Shown piece after piece: positions 1 to 5,771 of a stretch of 35,585 nucleotides of DNA; the first letter of the stretch is position 1; the number at the start of each line of letters is the position of its first letter. Source of the DNA: a virus; IMG/VR virus record IMGVR_UViG_3300012348_000060, positions 1 through 35,585 of that record; one strand, given 5' to 3'. A program made the translations under genes and the position numbers. Below the pieces are notes generated by a model. The model ran no database searches, was not told where the DNA came from, and worked only from the letters and a program-made list of their open reading frames with translations.

Positions 1-55
1 CTTGGCCTTAAAGTTGCTGCGCTCCTTCTCTTTGCCAATCGCAATGCTAAAGAAC
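1..55. repeat. Terminal direct repeat, copy 1 (identical to 35531-35585)
   Basis: The 55-mer cttggccttaaagttgctgcgctccttctctttgccaatcgcaatgctaaagaac is identical base by base at both window ends. It lies inside a coding sequence, so it is most simply the overlap of a circular or circularly permuted assembly. Confidence 0.95.
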
Positions 56-204
56 TTGCCATTTTTACCTTCCTTAATCCAGCCACTTAGCCAATGCTCT
101 TTGCCATTGACCATGATTGTTCCAGCGTAATCAGGATGGGTTGGTTTCTCTTTGCGGTCATTCTTAAATAGCGATCCGCTACCTTCTTTTGGTTCATAAG
201 CCAT
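1..204 (-). CDS. SSB-like ssDNA-binding protein, N-terminal 68 codons; the gene wraps the window junction and stops at 35471 (87 aa in total)
   Basis: The ATG at 204-202 overlaps the TGA of the exonuclease gene. Hand translation gives [68 protein letters not shown], which leaves position 1 in frame. It continues from 35530 as GDDEMPKKIIDDDFDSVPF-stop. The acidic DDDF..PF end resembles the SSB C-terminal tip. The gene sits in the Exo/Erf operon. Confidence 0.6.
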   Translation of the reverse strand, partial: MAYEPKEGSGSLFKNDRKEKPTHPDYAGTIMVNGKEHWLSGWIKEGKNGKFFSIAIGKEKERSNFKAK

Positions 205-817
205 TATTTATTTCCTTTAATTTAGAATACATCTCACTCACTTCACCGAGGAATTTTTCTACTTCTGCTTCCATCGCCTTAATGTATTCCTCATCTCTCT
301 CAAGGCGCACTACAAACAACTGTAGATCTTCTGGCAGGCGTGGATCATAACTTACAAAATCACACCACTCACGGCCTGTTACTGCCATTTGGCATTGCAT
401 CTGCGGCACATACTTTGCAGGCGGTTTTCCACCCAATAAATACTTAATATGCGTTTTGCTGGCTGGGCATTTGATCTCGAGTAAACCAGTTTCACCAACC
501 AGTCCGTCTGGGCTACATCCAAACCATTCTATCGTAGGATGGTCTACAAAAGCGACCTGTTCTACAAATACACTGGCATGGGCCTCATAAGCGATTCTAG
601 CCATTGGTTCGGTCTGCGTACCCCATTCCATTGCCGCATTGGTAAACGACTCTCCTGGCTCGTTTGTAAGCCTTTGGACTACCAATTCTGTGCGGTAATC
701 TTCCCTAGTGGCAGCCTCGCCCGACTTTCCCTTAGCCATGACATCAGCAATACGACTAGCAGTAACTTTGCCTAGCCTAATTGCCAACCATTCTGGCGAT
801 CCCTGTTCAATAGTCAT
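194..817 (-). CDS. YqaJ / lambda-Exo-type PD-(D/E)XK alkaline exonuclease
   Basis: 207-aa ORF with [32 protein letters not shown] and LLEIKCP motifs typical of YqaJ viral recombinase exonucleases. It is co-operonic with Erf. Confidence 0.85.
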   Translation of the reverse strand: MTIEQGSPEWLAIRLGKVTASRIADVMAKGKSGEAATREDYRTELVVQRLTNEPGESFTNAAMEWGTQTEPMARIAYEAHASVFVEQVAFVDHPTIEWFGCSPDGLVGETGLLEIKCPASKTHIKYLLGGKPPAKYVPQMQCQMAVTGREWCDFVSYDPRLPEDLQLFVVRLERDEEYIKAMEAEVEKFLGEVSEMYSKLKEINNGL

Positions 818-978
818 ACATCTGCCTTTTCCATTGCAATTACCTTTAGTTGGTTAGCCAATACAGAAACCTCTAAAGCGGCCTTAGCTGCCTCTACATG
901 GTTCTCTTTTAGTTCATGGTTATAAAAACTCCTAAGTGTTCTCATAGCCTCTAAGTAAATTTGTGAATAGTCGTTCAT
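814..978 (-). CDS. hypothetical small protein (54 aa)
   Basis: Hand-found ORF below the 60-aa track cut-off: [54 protein letters not shown]. It has ATGA start/stop overlaps with both neighbours. Confidence 0.55.
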   Translation of the reverse strand: MNDYSQIYLEAMRTLRSFYNHELKENHVEAAKAALEVSVLANQLKVIAMEKADV

Positions 979-1187
979 TCTTTATCTTCCAATGATTCGT
1001 TGATTGGCTGGGTTATAAATGGTACATCAGAAAGTTCGTTCATTTCCCATTTTTTAGCAAACTCAGCAGACATAGCATCTATCGCAGCGTTCCATCCCAG
1101 CGCAAAATATTCTTGCGGATGATAGGCAGATTGCTCTAGCTTGTTAAAGGCATCTAAGCAATGTTTGTTTATCATTTTTTCTTCCAT
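975..1187 (-). CDS. hypothetical protein (70 aa; start may be ATG 1175)
   Basis: ORF track. The ATG at 1175 makes an ATGA overlap with the upstream stop, which is the pattern used throughout this operon. Confidence 0.6.
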   Translation of the reverse strand: MEEKMINKHCLDAFNKLEQSAYHPQEYFALGWNAAIDAMSAEFAKKWEMNELSDVPFITQPINESLEDKE

Positions 1188-1426
1188 TTATAAACAACGC
1201 TATCAGTCTTAACCTCTGGAACAATGTCCTCTATAGACTGGTTGCAAATCGCACGAAAGTCGGCCCACTTCTTTTTGTAGAACTCCTGCTCACTAGCCGG
1301 AACATAATTGTAGAGTTTTGCCCAGCGCAAAGTAATGTCCGTTCCTGCCTTTGTGTACACATAATTATTTTTCACTTTTCCTCCCCTTGTATTTTTGTTG
1401 AGCCTGTCTAGCAAGACAGACGCCAC
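1172..1426 (-). CDS. hypothetical protein (84 aa from GTG 1426; 67 aa if GTG 1375)
   Basis: ORF track. The internal GTG at 1375 is preceded by AAGGGGAGGAAAA, a strong Shine-Dalgarno sequence. Confidence 0.55.
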   Translation of the reverse strand: MASVLLDRLNKNTRGGKVKNNYVYTKAGTDITLRWAKLYNYVPASEQEFYKKKWADFRAICNQSIEDIVPEVKTDSVVYKWKKK

Positions 1427-1494
1427 ATCTCCAGCGATTAACTGGCCCAGTCTTTACCAGCTTAAAATCACTAGCTGGTCTTTCCACCTGGCAA

Positions 1495-1695
1495 CTAGCA
1501 CACCACTTCCGTTCCACCATCCCATCCTTCCTTTAAATATCCATATTCTGAAACATCGCATACGGCTCTCAAATCGGAACACACATCGCACTTGTCCACC
1601 CATATTCTGTACTGATGGTCTTTTGGTCTGTGTGTCCCCCACTTTGTTCCGCACTCTGAACATACAGTATCAGGCTGCTGTTGTGCTAGTTTCAT
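1495..1695 (-). CDS. small four-Cys zinc-ribbon-like protein
   Basis: 66-aa ORF with CSEC ... CDVC pairs. The ATG at 1695 overlaps the Erf 3' end by 26 nt. Confidence 0.55.
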   Translation of the reverse strand: MKLAQQQPDTVCSECGTKWGTHRPKDHQYRIWVDKCDVCSDLRAVCDVSEYGYLKEGWDGGTEVVC

Positions 1696-2248
1696 TTAGC
1701 ATCGCCTTCATCTGCTCATAAGCCGCAACTAATTTAGCCTGATCTGCCTTATTGTTATTGAATTTAGGGTAAGATAGAGCATAGGCGGTTCGCAATTCGG
1801 CAGGACTCTCTGCTGCCTGTAAATTGCCAATGTAGTAATCTACCGGTAACTCAGGCTTTAGCGGTTCAGACGAATCCAGCGCATCGTGTTCTACAATCTC
1901 CATTGCCGTAACCCATAAATACCTACGCTGATAGGTTTCTACAGCTCCGATGTTTTGGACTTCATGGCAACCCTTCAAAGCCGCAGATCCCATTGGGCTA
2001 GTGATAACGATGTTGCTGTTATCTTCCGTATCCACAATGGTCAGGCTGGCTATGTCTGTGCCGTAAGACACAATGCCGCAAAGCCCTAGATCGGCAAATA
2101 TATTCTGTACGGTAGGCAAAAAATCACCTAGCTCAAAGTAGCGATACCCAGCAAACTTGTTATGGCCCGATTTGGTAAGCTCGGTGTTTTGCAACTTAAT
2201 TCTTGCCTGGTTTAGTTTAGTAAATACTGACATGGTTTTCCCCTTCAC
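1670..2248 (-). CDS. erf: Erf-family single-strand annealing protein
   Basis: HNKFAGYRYFELGDFLPTV ... GAVETYQRRYLW matches the conserved N.F..Y.Y / GA..SYARKY core of P22 Erf. The likely start is ATG 2233, preceded by GAAGGGGA. The track start at 2248 is a GTG. Confidence 0.85.
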   Translation of the reverse strand: MKGKTMSVFTKLNQARIKLQNTELTKSGHNKFAGYRYFELGDFLPTVQNIFADLGLCGIVSYGTDIASLTIVDTEDNSNIVITSPMGSAALKGCHEVQNIGAVETYQRRYLWVTAMEIVEHDALDSSEPLKPELPVDYYIGNLQAAESPAELRTAYALSYPKFNNNKADQAKLVAAYEQMKAMLNETSTTAA

Positions 2249-2526
2249 TTGGTTAAAAAATGTTCTGCAATAGCTTCTTGGTACTCAAAGGACAGGTAGT
2301 ATAACTTCCTGCCTAACTTTTCCCACTCTTTCTTTTCGATGCAATCACGCAGAAAAGCCTGTAGGTCGGGATCATTACACTTTTGCTGTAGAGCCTCGCC
2401 CCAATTAAATATATCTGATGGGTCGTACTCTGGATCAGTCTTAACGGCATCGTAGATGCGCTCTTGCAGATCCAAGCTGTAATCGTCATCTGCTGGCTCG
2501 TAGTAGTTGTCGTTGTTATAGGTCAT
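2245..2526 (-). CDS. strongly acidic hypothetical protein (93 aa)
   Basis: ORF track. By hand count there are 22 D/E against about 10 K/R. It lies immediately upstream of erf. Confidence 0.6.
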   Translation of the reverse strand: MTYNNDNYYEPADDDYSLDLQERIYDAVKTDPEYDPSDIFNWGEALQQKCNDPDLQAFLRDCIEKKEWEKLGRKLYYLSFEYQEAIAEHFLTK

Positions 2527-2612
2527 AGCACACCTACACGGAAACCGTAAACTACTGCTACAAAGAATACAATTACTGCCCCAAAGATACCGCCTAAAAT
2601 AATGTCTTTCAT
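2523..2612 (-). CDS. 29-aa single-pass membrane peptide
   Basis: Hand-found ORF: MKDIILGGIFGAVIVFFVAVVYGFRVGVL. It has a GAGGTGAAATAATG ribosome site and an ATGA overlap with the next gene. Confidence 0.45.
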   Translation of the reverse strand: MKDIILGGIFGAVIVFFVAVVYGFRVGVL

Positions 2613-2788
2613 TATTTCACCTCAATGTTAGCAAGTTCAGCAACCATCAAAAAATCACGCTTTAAAGTACGCAAGCTAGACTCTGAATAGTTAGGTGGGT
2701 TTAGGTAGTCATACATTACTGCCTCAATAGCTTGTGCGGTTGCCAATGTGCATTTGAGGGCTTCTTGAATCCATTTAATATCGTTCAT
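2612..2788 (-). CDS. hypothetical protein (58 aa), first gene of the leftward operon
   Basis: Hand-found ORF: MNDIKWIQEALKCTLATAQAIEAVMYDYLNPPNYSESSLRTLKRDFLMVAELANIEVK. It has an AAGGAG SD and a TAATG overlap with the next gene. Confidence 0.5.
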   Translation of the reverse strand: MNDIKWIQEALKCTLATAQAIEAVMYDYLNPPNYSESSLRTLKRDFLMVAELANIEVK

Positions 2789-2832
2789 TCTGTTACTCCT
2801 TCACGAGTGGTTAATCTGTACTGCATGAATCC

Positions 2833-2853
2833 ATACTAATCTACAAATGTAGA
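2833..2853 (-). promoter_or_regulatory. Candidate early-left promoter plus palindromic operator TCTACA-AA-TGTAGA
   Basis: There is a perfect 6-2-6 palindrome at 2840-2853. The minus-strand ATTTGTAGATTAGTAT (2848-2833) is identical to the plus-strand 4149-4164. It lies 45 nt upstream of the first leftward gene. Confidence 0.5.
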
Positions 2854-2871
2854 GATTTGCAAAGTATTTTT

Positions 2872-2901
2872 ACTAGGGACAAACCCTAGTGTTGCTTTTT
2901 T
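2872..2901 (+). terminator. Hairpin ACTAGGG-acaaa-CCCTAGT followed by a T6 run (plus-strand orientation)
   Basis: A 7-bp stem (2872-2878 / 2884-2890) is followed by gttgcTTTTTT. The T run starts 5 nt after the stem, so this is only a moderate terminator. Confidence 0.35.
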
Positions 2902-2905
2902 GCAC

Positions 2906-2934
2906 TTTGTTGTTTTTCTACAATAATGTAGAAT
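2906..2934 (+). promoter_or_regulatory. Candidate rightward early promoter (TTGTTG-N16-TAGAAT) overlapping palindrome TCTACA-ATAA-TGTAGA
   Basis: The TGTAGAAT octamer is at 2927-2934. A palindrome at 2917-2932 has the same half-sites as 2840-2853. The site is upstream of the Cro-like gene. Confidence 0.45.
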
Positions 2935-2955
2935 GAAAAATATTCCATGAACTAA

Positions 2956-3059
2956 AATCTCACTTGGTCATGGTCTGAGTTGTGAGATTGCTACCGTACT
3001 GCATGGGGGTGCGGTTTAAGACAAGGCTTTCGGTGCTAATATCGAGGGTTTAGCCCATG
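2956..3059 (+). promoter_or_regulatory. Structured leader of the Cro-like gene
   Basis: An 8-bp stem pairs AATCTCAC (2956-2963) with GTGAGATT (2982-2989). A 7-bp long-range stem pairs GCATGGG (3000-3006) with CCCATGC (3053-3059). Confidence 0.3.
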
Positions 3060-3079
3060 CCAAATAACTAGGAGAAACC

Positions 3080-3259
3080 ATGACCGCTTTTGAAAAACTT
3101 ATGAACGAATTTGGCTCAATCAAGAATCTATGCCAAATCTTAGATGTGAAGTATGTAACCGCCTATGCCTGGAAGATGCGTAACGGCATCCCTGCTAAAT
3201 GGCATCAAAAGATCATAGAAGCCTCGGAAGGCCGCCTGACAGAGCAAGACCTTGGCTAA
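3080..3259 (+). CDS. Cro / YdaS-like HTH regulator (59 aa)
   Basis: Hand-found ORF: MTAFEKLMNEFGSIKNLCQILDVKYVTAYAWKMRNGIPAKWHQKIIEASEGRLTEQDLG. It has an AGGAGA SD. The V..AY.W...GIPAKW... pattern is typical of YdaS/Cro-type HTH proteins. Confidence 0.65.
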   Translation: MTAFEKLMNEFGSIKNLCQILDVKYVTAYAWKMRNGIPAKWHQKIIEASEGRLTEQDLG

Positions 3260-3566
3260 TAGCCAGAACAGCCGTACTGTGGCTTTGCTTGAGTCTAGGG
3301 GCTATAAGTGCGATGTAGTCGAGTCCTACAATGCCTTTACCAGGCGCAAGAAAGACCTGTTCCATATATTTGATATATTGGCCATAGGCAATGGCGAAAC
3401 CATAGGCGTACAGATCACCAGCAAATCCAATATGTCCTCTAGGATTAAGAAGATCAGCGAGTCGGAATACTTGCCAGAGCTTATTAAGTCCAAGTGGCGC
3501 ATATTGGTAATCGGCTGGTTTAAGCAGCCTAATGGAAGATACGCTTGCAAAGAGTTTGAGTTCTGA
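3252..3566 (+). CDS. PD-(D/E)XK nuclease, Hjc/resolvase-like (putative)
   Basis: 104-aa ORF with a TTG start overlapping the upstream stop. The pattern LLESRGY ... KKDLFHIFDILAI ... GVQITSK follows the E / D / (E,Q)xK arrangement of small archaeal-type Holliday junction resolvases. Confidence 0.45.
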   Translation: MANSQNSRTVALLESRGYKCDVVESYNAFTRRKKDLFHIFDILAIGNGETIGVQITSKSNMSSRIKKISESEYLPELIKSKWRILVIGWFKQPNGRYACKEFEF

Positions 3567-3581
3567 TGTAAGATACTATTT

Positions 3582-3783
3582 CCTATGCTGGCGGCTCTAA
3601 CGACATCGTAGCGGCATAGGAGCGGTAAAGCGTTACTAGAAGGGTAAGAGGCTGAAACAGCGCAATACAGGTGGCGAAGTTAGTGCCTGTGCCTCGCAAG
3701 ACTGACGGGTTCTGTAACTCCGATGGAGCAGATGAAGGCGAATCTAGGTAGGCTAGGTTCGTTCACCGAAAGAGCAGTAGCCT
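3582..3783. ncRNA. Candidate structured RNA (unclassified)
   Basis: No ORF longer than 27 codons on either strand. The block looks GC-richer than its flanks by eye (not counted). Stems found: CCTATGC/GCATAGG (3582-3588 / 3614-3620); GAGGC/GCCTC (3648-3652 / 3691-3695) stacked on ACAGG/CCTGT (3667-3671 / 3686-3690); CTG-CTCC gat GGAG-CAG (3712-3731); AGGCTA/TAGCCT (3750-3755 / 3778-3783). Confidence 0.3.
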
Positions 3784-3820
3784 TTAATAAGACTTATAAG
3801 TATTAAAGACTTTGTATCTT

Positions 3821-3842
3821 ATTAGATACAAAAAGCCTTTTA
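3821..3842. other. Perfect 9-bp hairpin TTTGTATCT-tatt-AGATACAAA
   Basis: Read directly from the sequence. It sits at the boundary between the GC-richer block and the AT-rich field, and no clean U-tract follows on either strand. Confidence 0.5.
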
Positions 3843-3864
3843 ATGTTGCTTTTAATCTACAAGC

Positions 3865-3878
3865 AATGCAAATGCATT
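3865..3878. repeat. Palindrome AATGCA-AA-TGCATT
   Basis: Perfect 6-2-6 inverted repeat. It has the same architecture as TCTACA-AA-TGTAGA at 2840-2853 but different half-sites. Confidence 0.6.
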
Positions 3879-3902
3879 ACCTTACAAAATGCCCCGTTCG
3901 GT

Positions 3903-3996
3903 AACTTTTGTGTAATTTACGCTACTTTTTTGTTTAAATATCCCGATCAGGAAACTTTTTTTACTTTGTTATCTATCTAACATTAACTTTGTTATC
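3903..3996. repeat. Iteron-like direct repeats ACTTT(T)GT..
   Basis: AACTTTTGTGTAA starts at 3903, CTACTTTTTTGTTTAA at 3922 and AAACTTTTTTTACTTTGTTATC at 3952. ACTTTGTTATC is exact at 3963-3973 and 3986-3996. Spacing is roughly 20-23 bp. Confidence 0.5.
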
Positions 3997-4059
3997 GTGC
4001 AAAAAAAGTCTGTTAAGTGCATGAATTATCAATAAAAAACCATGCAAAAATAAAACATC

Positions 4060-4124
4060 AAATGTATATAGGTTGTCCGAAATATGTATAAAAATTTAAG
4101 AAATGTATATACATTGTCTATACA
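4060..4124. repeat. TGTATA box array, including the 12-bp palindrome ATGTATATACAT
   Basis: TGTATA occurs at 4063, 4085 and 4104 (each preceded by AAATG or ATATG). An inverted TGTATAGA lies at 4124-4117. The palindrome is at 4103-4114. Confidence 0.5.
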
Positions 4125-4143
4125 AAAATAGTTCTTGCACAAA

Positions 4144-4164
4144 TGTAGATTTGTAGATTAGTAT
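4144..4164 (+). promoter_or_regulatory. Candidate rightward promoter with tandem TGTAGAT boxes
   Basis: TGTAGAT occurs at 4144-4150 and 4152-4158. ATTTGTAGATTAGTAT (4149-4164) is the exact inverted copy of 2833-2848. The ATG of the first gene is at 4172, with no obvious SD. Confidence 0.45.
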
Positions 4165-4171
4165 TAAATTT

Positions 4172-4519
4172 ATGAAAAAAATACGAGCATCTACAGACGG
4201 CTTATGCGCTCAGGCCACATTCTGTTTTCCTACCTGGGGAAACAAAGAGCTGCGAAAAAAATGGCTTGCAGACCGCACATTGCTTAGGGGCATCTTAAAT
4301 GATGGCGAGATTATCCTTACCCCAGTTCAAATCCTGACAGACCCAAAAAATAAAACACTAATGATGGATAGCGTTACCGGAAGCCTATATCGGGATGACG
4401 GATCTTGCTATACATCGGACAAATTAAAGTTAATCGGTATTCGTGCTGAAAACGACTTAGACAAAATTTTATTAAGTATGAAGGCCATAAAAGCATTAGG
4501 AGGAGCAAGTGCCAACTGA
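4172..4519 (+). CDS. hypothetical protein (115 aa)
   Basis: ORF track. First gene after the control region. Confidence 0.6.
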   Translation: MKKIRASTDGLCAQATFCFPTWGNKELRKKWLADRTLLRGILNDGEIILTPVQILTDPKNKTLMMDSVTGSLYRDDGSCYTSDKLKLIGIRAENDLDKILLSMKAIKALGGASAN

Positions 4520-4724
4520 GTTTATTCCGTTTGCTGGAGAAGTAGAGATCGGCAAAACCGCTATGGAATTAGCGGATGAGTTAGAAAGTGCATTGCAGTT
4601 TAGTAATGCTATTTATGCGTTGCTAGAAGCGGCAGAGATGCTAAGAGCGCAAGAGCTAAAAATTCGTGAGATGCAGATGCGGATAGATAGCCTTACCGTT
4701 TACACAAATTATGGAGCGCACTAA
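4509..4724 (+). CDS. hypothetical protein (71 aa)
   Basis: ORF track. GTG start preceded by TAGGAGGAG. Confidence 0.6.
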   Translation: MPTEFIPFAGEVEIGKTAMELADELESALQFSNAIYALLEAAEMLRAQELKIREMQMRIDSLTVYTNYGAH

Positions 4725-4954
4725 TGAACAATGAACCAGTAGCGTGGATGGATGAAATAAATACTTTTGTGCTTGATACAGATTACAAACAGTTTCCTAA
4801 ATCTTTACAGAATGGAATGATTCCACTCTATACCCATCCAGTAAAAGAACTAACAGATGAGGAAATAAAAGAAGTTATTACAGAACATGAGTGGTATAGC
4901 TGGACATTGGAACAATTTGCTAAAGCAATACTAAAGAAAGCGAGTGAGAAATGA
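4724..4954 (+). CDS. hypothetical protein (76 aa)
   Basis: ORF track. TAATG overlap with the upstream gene. It contains a PLYTHP ... LTDEEI motif common in small early phage proteins. Confidence 0.6.
   Translation: MNNEPVAWMDEINTFVLDTDYKQFPKSLQNGMIPLYTHPVKELTDEEIKEVITEHEWYSWTLEQFAKAILKKASEK
4929..4954. repeat. 26-bp direct repeat, copy 1 (TACTAAAGAAAGCGAGTGAGAAATGA)
   Basis: Identical to 5161-5186. It covers the stop region, ribosome site and ATG of the following gene. Confidence 0.95.
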
Positions 4955-5166
4955 AAGTTCGCATAATTGAAAGAATAAACGCTGATGGATATAAAACATA
5001 CGAAATTCAGCAAAAACATTGGTTGTTTAAGTGGTGGTGGGTAGATGCTTGGATAAATTCATGGCAAGGCGCTTCGTGCAATAGCACTTTTTATACACTG
5101 GAAGATGCTAAAAAACACTTGTGCTATTTCGATGGGACTAAATGCACACAAACTGTTGTTTACTAA
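4951..5166 (+). CDS. hypothetical Trp-rich protein (71 aa) bracketed by 26-bp direct repeats
   Basis: ORF track. The start codon lies inside repeat copy 1 and the stop lies inside copy 2. Confidence 0.6.
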   Translation: MKVRIIERINADGYKTYEIQQKHWLFKWWWVDAWINSWQGASCNSTFYTLEDAKKHLCYFDGTKCTQTVVY

Positions 5167-5186
5167 AGAAAGCGAGTGAGAAATGA
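5161..5186. repeat. 26-bp direct repeat, copy 2
   Basis: Identical to 4929-4954. Confidence 0.95.
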
Positions 5187-5314
5187 GTGAATACATGGGG
5201 TTTTGGTTAGCCAAGGTTGTAGTCGAAATGGCGGTGGCTGCGGTGCTTATTGTTATTTTGCTTTTAATATTTTTTATAGGCGGTTGGCTTAAAAGAAAGG
5301 AACAAAATAAATGA
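5183..5314 (+). CDS. 43-aa single-pass membrane peptide
   Basis: Hand-found ORF: MSEYMGFWLAKVVVEMAVAAVLIVILLLIFFIGGWLKRKEQNK. The start lies inside repeat copy 2, and there is an ATGA overlap with the next gene. Confidence 0.45.
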   Translation: MSEYMGFWLAKVVVEMAVAAVLIVILLLIFFIGGWLKRKEQNK

Positions 5315-5535
5315 GTTTATGGCAAGCAGCAAACGACATTGAGGAATTATCTTACAAACTGGCTAATGTACGAGATATGGTTGAGCTAGTAGCAGAAGAT
5401 GTAAGCAACCCATATAGCGGTGCATTGTGGGCCATCAAGGATATGATTGAGCATATTGAGGACAAGGTTGCAAAGCAAGCGGATGCAGTTATGGAATTGC
5501 ATAGGGCAGACCTAAAGAAAGCCAAGAAAAAATGA
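5311..5535 (+). CDS. hypothetical helical protein (74 aa)
   Basis: ORF track. Confidence 0.6.
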   Translation: MSLWQAANDIEELSYKLANVRDMVELVAEDVSNPYSGALWAIKDMIEHIEDKVAKQADAVMELHRADLKKAKKK

Positions 5536-5771
5536 AAACGCTAAAGTGGTCAGGTACTTTGCTTTGCTTGCTAGGCATATTGCTGACTGCGCTAAACATC
5601 TACCCAGCTAACATCATTATTGGATTTATAGGCTCTGGCTTATGGGCTGCGGCTGGGTACGCTCAGGACGATATGGCCTTATTTACAGTAGAGATCGTAG
5701 CTGTTGCTTTTTACTTTGCAGGCATAGTATTATTTATAACTGGTGAACTTACTAAGTGGGGACTTTTATGA
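5532..5771 (+). CDS. small three-TM membrane protein (79 aa)
   Basis: ORF track. There are three hydrophobic segments: LLCLLGILLTAL, IIIGFIGSGLWAAAGY and IVAVAFYFAGIVLFI. Confidence 0.6.
   Translation: MKTLKWSGTLLCLLGILLTALNIYPANIIIGFIGSGLWAAAGYAQDDMALFTVEIVAVAFYFAGIVLFITGELTKWGLL

Noticed and set aside
1-55. 55-bp end repeat as a genuine physical direct terminal repeat
   Set aside because: It falls in the middle of an 87-codon gene that is intact only on the circular map. An exact end duplication of this kind is what a circular-contig assembly overlap looks like.
1395-1721. Plus-strand 108-codon ORF and minus-strand 69-codon ORF overlapping the zinc-ribbon gene
   Set aside because: Both overlap the better-supported 1495-1695 gene, which has paired CxxC motifs and an ATG. 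The plus-strand ORF would oppose an otherwise uniform leftward operon.
2980-2993. 14-mer TTGTGAGATTGCTA shared with 10714-10727 (which overlaps the ATG of the HiPIP-like gene)
   Set aside because: A few 14-mer matches are expected by chance in 2 x 35.5 kb (N squared over 4^14 is of order 1-5). It is suggestive because both copies are in 5' regions, but not significant on its own.
3751-3790. Resemblance of GGTTCGTTCACCGAAAGAGCAGTAG to a tRNA T-arm and to the glutamine (glnA) riboswitch core CGUUCACC ... GGAAGUAGG
   Set aside because: No acceptor, D or anticodon stems can be drawn. There is no closing AAGGAACG strand, so neither model fits.
3963-3999. TTATC-containing repeats as DnaA boxes
   Set aside because: The best matches to TTATCCACA are only about 6 of 9 (TTATCTATC, TTATCGTGC), which is too weak to call.
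3903-4164. Could the repeat field be a CRISPR mini-array or an att site?
   Set aside because: The repeats are 8-12 nt, degenerate and unevenly spaced, and lack uniform spacers. No cas or integrase gene is present.
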